From: Lytechinus pictus
Lineage: Eukaryota
Assembly: GCF_037042905.1 (NCBI RefSeq)
Contig: NC_087245.1
Location: 14,322,001-14,386,000, forward strand
Reading direction: 5' to 3'
DNA length: 64,000 nucleotides
Shown here: positions 1 through 12,012 of the stretch, one piece after another
Layout of the letters: every line of letters begins with the position of its first letter
Numbering within the stretch: position 1 is the first letter of the stretch
Program-made: the position numbers and the translations under genes
The notes under the pieces: generated by a model
What the model was told of the DNA's origin: nothing
Databases searched by the model: none
Seen by the model: the letters and a program-made list of their open reading frames with translations, nothing else

Positions 1-1253
1 AGATGCCAGTCACCAACAGAAGATGAAAATATATATACCCCCTCCTAATACCTTCCATTAATAACAGATAATAAATGACATCCTAGAAGAAATATAAAAG
101 ACAAATGCCTTGCCAAATCAAGATTGTGAGTGTCTCCAATAGATTGTCTCCAACCACTACTTTACTTATAAATCGTTGCAGTGTTATATTTTCTCTCTTA
201 TCGCATGGCTTATCCCATTAACGAACACGGTTTCACATGAAGTATACTTTCACAAAGTTTTGAATATTAACAAATCTTTCTGAGCTGAAAGTAAAAGTGC
301 AATGAAGAGTATTTGTGAAGTGGTCAAAGATATGGTTGGTAAGGTCAGATGATGGACATTATTTAATTTTATTTCTTTCGAGGAGGAAATATAAAATGTA
401 GGAAAACACTTGTCCAGAAAACAACCAAATTGACCGCGACCCCTTAAAACTATTTATCTTTTATTTTATTTGATGACAAAATGAAAAAAAATGTTTCCTT
501 CAGCGCTCTGGATCACCCATCATTAAAACCTTTTATTTCCACGAGAAGGTGGAATAATCAACATCAAATAATATACTACATGATTTCATCGGAACACTTT
601 CCAGTCAAATTTATCGAAAATAACACATAAAATATACATTCAGACATGCTTTAGGTTAAATGTGAACATGAAGAATGTTCAAGAATGACATTATATGTTT
701 CTCTATTTTCATGAGCGAGTGGAGAGCCGCAAGCAAATTGGTATCTGGGATATTGATAACACAGTCATGTTCAATATACTGTTACCCCAGTCATGAGATT
801 CTCACTGAAATATTTCGTATTATCATCATACTGATTTTGTTAGGTTAGGTTAGGTTAGGTTATAAGTCACAGGCTGGTAAAATTATAAAAGTTATCTTAT
901 ACAGGTTGTCCTCCGGGTGTAATTTGATTACTTATAAGGAAAGAAAAATATGCATATCTTGCACATTACATTATTGAAATTTATTAGATATTATTTTGAG
1001 TTTTCCATGCATGGATGGGTAATGTAATCAAATGGATCATCCACAGAGGCATGTGAGCGGGTTTATAAGATGGAGTGCTGGTTGATATGAAAAAAATGAC
1101 AAGCACCAAAATGTGTGTGTGTGTGTGGGGGGGGGGGGGGCTCACTCCAGATTGCAGGCGCCTTTTGTCCAAAAAAATCCAAATGAAACACAAACCCCTC
1201 TAAAAAAATGAAATGTGGCTCTGGCCTATGTGTTATTTTATCCACATAGCATA

Positions 1254-1535
1254 CACTGTTGAAAAATCCTGATTTTACTGATAAAAAAGAAGATTTTGCA
1301 GAAAGCAATAACAGAATCATTCTATAAATTCATAAAACAGGATTTTTTTCTGCAATTTAACAGAACAGGTCTGTTTAAAAAGGGGAAAAGGGTGTTTTCT
1401 TTAAGGAAATATGTAAGGTTCCATACACCAAATACCAATTTCCTGTAAGATTACGCAATCTGGTCAGATTACAGGTGTTCTCGAGACTCTGCTGCAGGAA
1501 CTTCTTTTATTTTAAGAATAAATTTTCTAACAGTG
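1254..1535. mobile_element. MITE with CACTGTT...AACAGTG ends
   Basis: Terminal inverted repeats CACTGTTGAAAAAT / AATTTTCTAACAGTG, with TA on both sides. Confidence 0.6.
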
Positions 1536-4306
1536 TACCAACCAAATTTCCAGGGGCTATACAAGCAACCCCCTCCCCACAGCCCCTCCTCCCAGAGCCA
1601 TGATCATCCATGGTCATCATTGAGGAGACTTAGCGTTGCATTCGTTCATTACAAGAAATATTTACATGATGATAAATGAGGCTTTAGGTAAAAGCAAGCA
1701 CTAGTATCAAATACGAGTACTGATTATGCAAAGTTGGATCTTTGACATATATACATAATTATTTTGTGTTCGTTTTCACGTTTATTAAAGGGTTATTCCA
1801 TGAAAAATACATTAATCCCTGCAATGGCCGATTGGCCGGAAGAATCGCAGAAATGGGGCAAAATGATATAATTTTCCTACCATCACCTAGGGTTAAAATA
1901 AATTCTAGACAAATTTATGGGTCAAGCGAATATGTCTCAATTCTGTATTGTTTAACAACCAGGATCTAAATGAACTTGATATGTGATACTGGGCTGATAG
2001 TACTTTAATGACGTATTATTTTTTTATCAATAATACCCCACGGAAATAGTCACAATTTGATTCCGGTCATTTGTATCATGTATGTATGCTAAAGCCTCGT
2101 ACCAACTGTCGTGCGATCCATTACGAACGCTACGATTGGACCTTCGTAACTGATCACGAAAATTTTTGAACCATGCAATTTTTTTTCTACGATCATTACG
2201 ATTTCTACGACTGATCTGATAAAATCTAATACGATCTGTTATGATCACTACGATTACTCCACGAGTAAAAGCACCGTTTCAATTGTATCGCGAATCGTGA
2301 CAGATGGAACTAGGTATTATGAGCTCAAATACAAACAACAACAACAAAACTTGACAAAATCAAATAGGACGAAATAAGCTCAAACATACCTTTAATGCGG
2401 GTTGCACCCATATTACATACTAAATGACAGAGTCACCTGGGTGCAACTATCATTTCAGTCATAAAGGTCCATTTCTGGCCACATTTGACTAATATAAAGT
2501 ATTTGAACAGGGCCGATGCCACAAAGGGGGGGGGGGGGGCAAACCATCCAACGAGTTTTCAAGTAGAGACAAAGAAGAAAGCAAGAAGGAAAGCAACGAG
2601 CCTAAACGAAGAAAGATTTGGGTAGCTGCACTTGACCTCAATGATGTCAGCTTTATATCACTTTTCTCCCTGTCGAGATAGCCTAATGTCGTCGCCTCTC
2701 TTCGTGACTGACTAGATATGCAGTTGTCTCTTACTGACTATCATTTTAGTATTTTCTGATTATTTTGTCAAAGAATGTCAAAAAACAAAAGCAGCGTAAT
2801 GAGCAGATAACTATGAGGGAGCCCAGACGTGATAGATAGGGCTAAATTTTTAAAGAGTTTATAGCGAACAAGCAAAGTTTTTAAATTTGTTTCATGCATG
2901 TTTCATCTAATTTTGTGATACATTTGACATGATATTCAGAAAATAATCATATTTCACCCTTTTCCATTTTTGGTTATTGGTCTCTTTTTTTGGGGGGGGG
3001 GGAGGAGGGGGAAGCTTCTCCAATTTGTACACCAGTGATTACAATGAACCTTTGGAAACCTTTTAAGCTCTAGATCACAACTTGAGGTAAATTAGCACCA
3101 ATCCATACAATTTATTTACTAATCAGGAGCGCGCTCCAGTTTTAGTCTATATACATATACTTAAATTATGTTTTGATCTATATTTATGTCATGCATTTCA
3201 TACAAATGCCATGCTAACCCTAAGTTCGTGCTTTTCTTTGTTTTCATGCATAATTATCATTAAATACACACCAAATGTTATTTTAGTAAATCGAATTAGT
3301 ATATATATCCATCATTGACCCGTATGACGATGACGTATCGAAACAGTCGACATTTTAATGCGATCGCTGCATCACTTCAATAAGTCATGTACCAAATAAT
3401 TATGTAGATTAATAGTTGGTTTGAACATTCCTTGTTTAGTAAAATGAAGTCAGGAAAACCCAAAATTGGACAATCCAGAAACAGGCAGCGGCATAAATGT
3501 AATTATCGTTCTTCCTAAATAATTTATGAGAGTAGTATATTGAAATATAATTACTGATCAATCTGAGGATAGTTTCCTTGAATGGTAGTTTTGGTTTTGA
3601 TACCAAGGCCGTTGCACTGTGAATTTTTAAGCTTTTATATGGACAGGCACCTTGAATTGTAAATAAAACGAAAGGAGATAAACACTACGCGAACATCCGC
3701 CAAAAAAAAGAAGAAAGAAATAGATAAAACTGAAATGACAGCACTCGGATATCATATTCATGAGACTCCATAATGGACCAGCAACCCGATGCTCTACGTC
3801 CTTGAACCTGTTTCCTCATGCATTATTACTGTGCATGTATAATAGCTTTTTATCAATGACATGCAAGAGCTTTTTTCTTCATTTGAAAATTAATCCGCTT
3901 TAGCGATGTAACTCTACAGTACTGCTGTCAATATCGGCGCATTAAGTTCTTTTGACGCAGCGGCGTCCGTATAGCCCTACTCATTAGTGTCAACAATCAT
4001 AAAAGGCCTATAAAAGGGGAAATGATGATTTTTGTTATCTTAAATCCTTTACATTTTTAAGGATTTCTTTTCTATATATCTTCTTCTCTAAAAATGTTAT
4101 GCAATAAGGTGCTCATATCATCCGCGTATCACATTCTCTCTGTATCCCTCTTTTTTTTAACGATGAGACTCTACATTCGCTTTTCATCGAGAGAATTGAT
4201 ATTCTGAAAGAAGACTCTTTACGGAAAGACATCAAAGTTCACTACGACGTTTGACTACGATTTATCCGTCAGTCATATCAAAGGACAGTGCCCACTGCTT
4301 ATAATC

Positions 4307-7300
4307 ATGACGCCGAACGTCACCGACAACGCTACGGTTCAACACCGGTTCATGCACGACCTCGGGAGCCCTGCCCAGATTGCCGAGATCCTGACGCTGA
4401 GCGTCATCCTAATCGTAGCATTATCGGCAAATATCGTGGCTTTCACTACGATCGTTCAGGATAGGAAACTGAGGAGTAATCCACATAACCTTCTCGTACT
4501 GAACCTCATAGTGATGGATTTGGGTATCGCTGTCCTCAGCATGACTTTCTCCATGATTTCAATCTTTGATGGCGGTCGGCTTCTCGAGGCTTTTCCAATC
4601 TTATGCAAGGTAAAAATCATTATTATTATAAAATTATGTACAGGGGTGGCGTCACGGGGCAGGGACAACAGGCCCTATTGTGTTTTGTTATTCTTAAAAA
4701 AAGAGGAGACAATGACAAAAGAGAGTAAAAAGAGAGTGAGAAAGTTATTTTTGAAAAAAAAAAAGGAAGAGATTGTGAAAAGAAAAGGCTTACCAGTAGT
4801 TGCGGAACTATGTAATCAATACTAAGCATACCCTTATTTTTTCACTGATAGAAAAAAAAAGAGAGAAAACATTTAAAGTTCACTACTTAAGTATACGCAG
4901 GCCCCGTCTTTTGCTATTTGAATGATATGAAGAGTAGGAGATCTAGCTGTTTGCTATAGAGGATTTGACAAATTGTCTGACGATGAGTGGCGACAAACTG
5001 GGTCCTCATCCCCACGCCGGAAGACCCACCACTCTTCTGCCTGGGCGATATTATGAGCACCAGATAAATATGATCCACTGATTACGTATAATTATGATAT
5101 ACATGGAGGTTCACTGTTACAAGTACTTCAACTCTGATTTAATTTTTTAATTCAATTCATTTCGAAAAGCAAGGTTTTACATTCAAAATCATTTGAGCTT
5201 AAAAAAGCATTCGAAAGCTTAATATTCAAATGTTGTCTACGCCCCTGCTGTAAAAGATGCAGCTAAAACATGTTGAGGCTGCAAAACTACATCCTAACAG
5301 AGCTTTCAGTTGCATTTGATGGGTGCCAAATGTATATTAGTGTGTTCGTTGACATGTTTTTGATAATATATGCGAATGAATTACGGAGAAATAATTGTTT
5401 TCATGATGAGTGTTCCAATGAACTAGTGTATAGCTTCAATAGACCGAGGTCAAAAAGCACTTTGGATATTATCAAGAATCGTGCTCTGGGGATAACTGAA
5501 ACCATAATGACCTTGTAACTCTTAATAGAATCGTGCTTCAAGCTACACTTTCTTCAGAATTTAATGAAGTGTTCGTCTTTCATCCAAGGATATCTGCAAA
5601 AGAATCATTACAATTCAATCGAATCGACTTCTTTAGACAATGGTGCATCATGGAATGGCTTTGTGAGTTTCATTACTTAAAGGTCAAGTCCATCCCAGAA
5701 AATAATTGATTTGAATAAATAGAGAAAATTTAAACATGAATAACGCTGAAAACTTCATCAAAATTGGATGTAAAATAAGAAAGTTATGACATTTTAAAGT
5801 TTCGCTTATTTTTCACAAAACAGTTCTATGCTCAACTCAGTGATATGCAAATGAGAGAGTCGATGATGTCACTCACTCACTATTTCTTTTGTTTTTTATT
5901 GTTTGAATAATACAATATTTCAATTTTTAATAATTCGACCATTAGGAACCCCTTGCTTGAACCACAAATGTTAAAATAATGGAATTGCATGTGTTCAGGG
6001 AGGAATGAAACTTTGTTTCACATGACAATGACGAAAAAAATCCAAATATTTCATATTTCATATAATAAAATACATAAGAAATAGTGAGTGGATGATGTCA
6101 TTGGTCCCCTCATTTGCATGCCGACCAGGATGTGCATATAACTGTTTTGGAAAAATTGAGTGAAACTTTGAAGTGTTATAACTTTCTTATTTTACGTCCG
6201 ATTTTGATGAAATTTTCAGTGTTATGCTTGTTTGATTTTTCTCTTTCTATTCAAATCAGCTTTTTGTTGGGGTGAACTTGTCCTTTAAATGTTGAAAACT
6301 TTCCAAATTGAAAAAAAGAATAGAAAAAAAATTGAAGACAGGTATATTTCTTTTATACTCAATTTTATGTTCACATGATAGGGTAGTACATCATGACAAT
6401 TTAGTTTCTCATAAGAATATTGCAATAAGTGAGAATAAAAAACATGGTTTTTCTCGGAATGTTCTAAAATGGACCTAACCCCTTTTGCAACTAAACTCTT
6501 CAAATATAGACCCACTTGAATGATAACATGCTAATTAACTACTCAATACATTACCGCAATAATTGTGTTACCAAGTAGCAAAACAATTTTTTCCTCTCAA
6601 AACATTTCTCTATACAATTTAAAGGTCAATTTATTCTCTGTAGTGTTAGTAGATATCTGGAAACGTATATTTTAAGACTATGAGAGACCATCCACACACA
6701 TTAAGTTCACACCCCTTTAATGTTTTCTGTACTGCATTGTATCACAAATTCGCTTATGCCGCTTGTTTGGCGCATGGAAATAAAAGAAATGTTGGCGTTT
6801 CATGTGTAATACAATGATTATCTCTTTTTTATGGGTTAATTGATAAACCTTTCTTGTATAAATCATTCACAAACGAAATGATATTGCACGTATTGGAAAA
6901 CTGTAGGCCTACTCAATAATACAAGTACTACGATGAATGCAAAATAACCCTTGAAATATATCATGATTGGGTACGTAGCCATTAGCCAAATTGATAAAAG
7001 TAAATGGCGAATCCATGGAAACTCCACACTACTTCACCTAACAATTTCAAATCGTTTACTCTTTCATTTCATTTAAACCAGAGGCAGAGGCGTACGCAGG
7101 GGGTGGTGTAAGAGGTGTTCAACACTCTTCAATTTTTGGATACCCAACCCCCCTAAAATTTAGTTTAAGACCTTTTTTTTTGCTTGTCGAATTTTTTTTT
7201 GAGGTACGAAAGCAAAACGACGTAACATTTTTGGTGAACACCCTTTTTTTTTTTTTTGGGGGGGGTTGTCAACATTTCATTCAGCTTGAACCCCCCCCCT

Positions 7301-10300
7301 CAACAATCATGCGTACGCTACTGATTTAAACTACTCTCTAGCAATGACACAATATTTGAAAATATGAAAGGGGATAACACAACCTATATTTCTAATTAAA
7401 AAACAACAACATTTCTAAAGATAGATGGGTAAAAGAAAATAAGCAGTTTCAATCGCAGAAAAAAATCTTAAAATCCATTGCACTCCCTATTTATTTGCCA
7501 AGCATGCAAGTATTTGCAATAAAAACGTTTTTCAATCTCGCACAAAAGGTGAAGTACGACCAGTTAAATGGTGACAAAATGATTATTGCCATGACAGAAA
7601 CAATTAAGCTTTCCCACCTTAGATTATAATGTTATCACACCGCTCTTTTATCTGTAACAACCTTTATTTTTAAAAAGCATTCAGTCACTAAAAGCACAAA
7701 CCAATAAAAAAATACTGACATAATATCCCCTCTAGTTATTTTTAATAATTTCATCTTCATTTAATTATTTACATGCTTTTCTTTTGCAGATCAATGGCTT
7801 TGGCGCTTCTATGTGCACCATAGGAAACTTCGCGACTGTCTTGTTCATTTCAACTGACCGGTTAATGGCGGTTGTTTGGTCTGCTCGCTATCCGTCTTCC
7901 CGTAAGCGGGTAACCGTCATGATCGTCATCATCTGGATCATTTCGCTATTGGTCGGCATAGCACCGTTGACTGGTGAGATTCTGCTTCTTTTGATCCATC
8001 AGACGATGTACGGAATTCTAAGATTATCATAGCAGGGGTCGCGGAACAGTTTTTAAACTGGGGGGAGGGGGGGGGGCTGAAAATCATAATCAGATGGTAA
8101 TTTTTACGTTTTTGAACACGGGTTTGGGAAAAGTGGGTGGGGGGCTGAAACCCACCATGCCCACCCACCCCTACCCTCCGTTTCCGCGGTCCCTGCATAG
8201 ACCTTATAAAAGGTGGTTCTCAATATGATGGAAGAAAGGTGACCTTTGTGTTCATGTCAAAGAATTCAGGGGATAAAGGGAGAAAACCCTTCTTTCCCAA
8301 AAGAGGTTGAGTTTTGTCACAAAAGGCTTAGAATCATACTAGGGAGTATTCGCAATTGCGACGCTAACAAATTCTACAACGTAGGCCTATAACATTTATT
8401 GTCAAAATGACATTCATGACCAAGCAGTAGGCCTATTTTTGAAAGTTGGTGGACCAAAAACAGCAGTTTCATCTTTGACTCCGGACAAACGACACATTCG
8501 CATTTCTTCGTCAGCTCCGAATATTACGACGATCAGCTGTCTCGGTTCACCAATCTTTGACAGAGGCCTATTCCTACAGTAACATTAATAATGCGAGCGT
8601 GAGGCGCGAGCAAAAAATTATCGATATTCTGATCTGAAACTGGATAATTCAAGCACGTTTTAAATAAAGAACAAGTTGCGTATCTCAATAAACATGCCTG
8701 TGCGTGTTTTAGACCTGCATGCATTCTGAATACATTTTCCAATCATGAAGATCAATAATGCAAGCTCGAAGCGCGAGCTGAACACATTTGGTATTCCGAT
8801 CTGAAAAGGGTCAATTCAAGCACTATTTCAAGCACTGTGTAGGAAAATTGTAAAGTGGATGTGGATCACACTTAATGAATAATGCGAGCGCGAAGCGCGA
8901 GCTGATATTTTTTAAATCATTATTTTGACCTTGAAACGGGACATTCTAAGGACATTTTGCCATCATATGAAAATGGTGACTATCTTCCTATTATTCCTAA
9001 GCGCGAGATGAAACTTGTCGATATTCCATTGTGTAATAGGGCCAATTTAGTTATAAGGAATTCATGAAAATTTTATTTTCTTATTTATTAATCTAATATG
9101 CTTAACCAGAGCGTGGAATTTGTTGATATTTAGGCCAAAAAAATGGACATTTTAAGCATTTTGTAGTTATGAATAGGACGCATTGGTTAATATTATTTAA
9201 CAATGCGAGCGCAAATCGCGAGCCGAATTTTTTTATAAACTGTAATGAAAAGGGGATTTCCTAAGTAGCTTGTTATAGAATTAATATACATGTAAAGGTA
9301 TACATAACTCACCAATCAAAATGAACCTGTAGTAGAACCTGCTCTTATTATGATCATGCGACGAGAATTTAAAACCAAATCGATGCACCAATATTTTTGG
9401 AACAGTGACAAGTCTTATTGCCATGTCCCTCACCAAGGTATGACATAGCTAAAAAACAAGTCGTACGATTGATAACCTTCAATATTCATGTCCATCAAAT
9501 TAAAAGAACAAACTAATAAGTCCATCGATTAAGCTGTCTTGGGTACTGGAATTAAGGTGTGTTTTGGTATTTTCCCCATGATTTATTTCATGGACCTAGT
9601 AGGTCCATGGTTACTTCAAAGGAAGAACAAAAACACTTCCAAATTATTACGTGATGAGCCAGGTGTGCGGCCTTTTCAGTGCATACATTATCTTTTGTTA
9701 GGAACACTTTAACTCCCTCCCTTCGTAACAAAAATGCCATTTAAAAACGTCACCTGAACCGAATTAGTTTGGACTTTTATTATGTTACAGAGCGCCTCTC
9801 CTACTACCATTATAGCAGTTCAACCCATCACTGCTCTCCGGCATGGACGAACTGCATCTTCTATGTCTTTAACCTTACCTTCATCTACGGACTGGCAGTC
9901 CCCACCATGCTCATCTCTCACGCTTTTATCATCTATAAATTGAGAGCAAAAGAGAAGAAGCTTAGATCGTATGGTGTCGGCAAGTCAGGGCAAGCTCAGG
10001 CAAGCAATCCGGAGAAACATATCAGTACTTTATCGGGATCAGCTGGAATGGGAACTGACATATCTATGGAAGGCAAGTGAAGTAGAACGGAGAATGGATC
10101 TTAGAAAAGAGGGGCCAAAGAAAGTGGGCTGAATTCCTAATATTTGCTCCTAACATTTGACTAGATAGGGGCATTGTTATCACTTCAGTAAATATAGATT
10201 AGACATAATTGTGGACACCCAACCCGACACCCCGCTCGACACATTCTGTGGATCCTCGGGTGTTGCTGTTTTTTTTTTTCTTTCTTCCTTTCGTTCTTTC

Positions 10301-12012
10301 TTTGTCTCTTTCTCCCTTTCTTTCTTTTTTTTTTGTCTTTCTTTCTTTCTTTCTTTCTTTCATTTTCATTGGATGGGGTCTCGTCATCATTTTGTTTTTC
10401 TTTTGAATGTAGCGTTAGGCCGACACAGTTTGCAGGCTATGCTGCTCATAAGTGCAATGAAGTCATAATATGGTTTAAAAACGCAAATCGGCACATTTGG
10501 CTAACAACGTATCAAAAAAAATTCTTCATTGGCGTAATTAGCCAAAAAGCCTGAGGGGTAGATATGGCGTACGGACAAAATTTATAAAAAGTTGCGAGCG
10601 AGCAAAAATGTCGACATTTTTATTACAAAAAACCCAATCTTGTCATAGATTTTGACATAATATTCAGAAAAAGATGTCGTTTTTAACGCTTCTATCTTTC
10701 CCTTTCTCTTTATTTTTTTCTTCGTCGTGATTTTTTGGGGGGGAGCAAGCGCTCCAAGACCCCCAAACACCACTCTAATTAATTGCAATTTTAATTACAG
10801 AAAACAGGACAACGCTTTTTTTAATACGAGTCAATGTATTAAATTTGTTTGACTTTATCTATGGGAAAGCTTTCATGAGTTTTGAGTATTTTTTATAAAG
10901 CTAATTTGATTGATTTGTAATGTATTGATTCGCAGGTAACCCGACTGCCGATCTAGAGCAATTGTTTATTGATGAGCAATTAATTGGAAAATAAATATCG
11001 TGCTTACAATTATTTCAGTTAACTCAAGGTTCGGTAAAAGTTTGTATCTATGTCAGAACAAAAATAAAGACGCACTTATAAAGCCCAAATTTACTGTCCA
11101 ATTATCATCTTAGGCATACAAGACAAAAGTGACAAGATTCCCTCGAAGCGACTTCAAAGCAGTAACATGAAACAAGATCAAGAACACAGCCTACATTCTC
11201 TTTCGGTGGATTTCGGCGACACTTCGGACACAATCGGCACTTCTGAACTTGATCTCTCTTCATCGGATATGGTGTCTCGGGGACAAAAGAAAGATCGGCC
11301 GAGGAAAGCAAAAGGGAAAAAAGACAAACAGACCCAGTTGGCAGTAAAGTGGGCGAACCTAAGCGTGGATAAACAAGTTGCAGTTGCAGGTAATATATTA
11401 TATACATGTATATATACTTCTGTCGCTATCAATTAAATTATATCTCCACCTTTCTCTTCAGGTAAGGTTAAGGCCATGGAGGGAGAGTTAGGAAACAGAA
11501 AATGATTTTATTTTGTTTGCCAAAATTCTTTGACGATATAATGACAATTCATTTTGATAAAACATATCCGAGAACCAAAATCAAAAATAGGAACAGGGAC
11601 GATACAAATAGGCCTCGATTGATAGTGATAATTTTTGCTATCATTATTATCGTTGATGCTTGATTGATCAAATTTATTTTATGTAAGAATTAAGATAAAA
11701 CAATAGTTACCGACGGTATTATCACCATCAATATGATCAGTCCTTTAAAAATATTATTGCAATAATTCCCATTTCTCACTTACTTTTCCAGGGGGTATGG
11801 TTGTCCTGACAACGACCGTCTGCTGGGCCCCTTACTCTCTCGTTCATGCTTGCTTCTTTGACTTCTCTCCATCTCACATGGTTGGGGTTGCTACGATGTG
11901 GCTGGGATACACCAACGCGATGCTCGACCCCCTGATCTATGCATTCTTCAACAGACAGATACGATCCAAGATTGTCCATCGTTTCAACGACTGCTTCTCA
12001 TGTTTGAAATGA
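4307..12012 (+). CDS. Rhodopsin-like (class A) orphan GPCR, 5 coding exons, 421 aa
   Basis: Exons 4307-4609, 7790-7973, 9791-10072, 11114-11389, 11792-12012 join in frame (phases 0,1,1,1; 1266 nt). Seven hydrophobic segments with class-A motifs: TM1 SAN, TM2 NLIVMDL, TM3 C...STDRLMAV (DRY variant), TM4 W, ECL2 Cys (THHCSPAW), TM6 CWAPY, TM7 NAMLDPLIY; N-terminal sequons NVT and NAT; long Ser/Lys-rich ICL3. Intron 3 uses a GC donor. Confidence 0.93.
5681..6284. mobile_element. TTAA-flanked MITE (Kolobok-like) in GPCR intron 1
   Basis: TTAA|AGGTCAAGTCCATCCC ... GGGGTGAACTTGTCCT|TTAA with long imperfect inverted arms. A related partial copy lies at about 57840-58490. Confidence 0.75.
8033..8195. 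mobile_element. Small hAT-like MITE with 5-bp TSD
   Basis: CAGGGGTCGCGGAA ... TTCCGCGGTCCCTG flanked by CATAG on both sides (8028-8032, 8196-8200). Confidence 0.65.
8580..9325. mobile_element. Internal fragment of the GCGAGCGCGAAGCGCGAGC-repeat transposon family
   Basis: Colinear similarity to 44850-45510 and 46680-47150, and in reverse orientation to 31400-32070. Confidence 0.7.

Noticed and set aside
840-862. (TTAGG)4 telomere-like repeat
   Set aside because: Only about 4.5 units and interstitial; best treated as an ordinary microsatellite.
11900-11945. GPCR as a possible opsin or biogenic-amine receptor
   Set aside because: The retinal-binding Lys position in TM7 is Tyr (WLGYTNAMLDP) and TM3 position 3.32 is Ala, not Asp.
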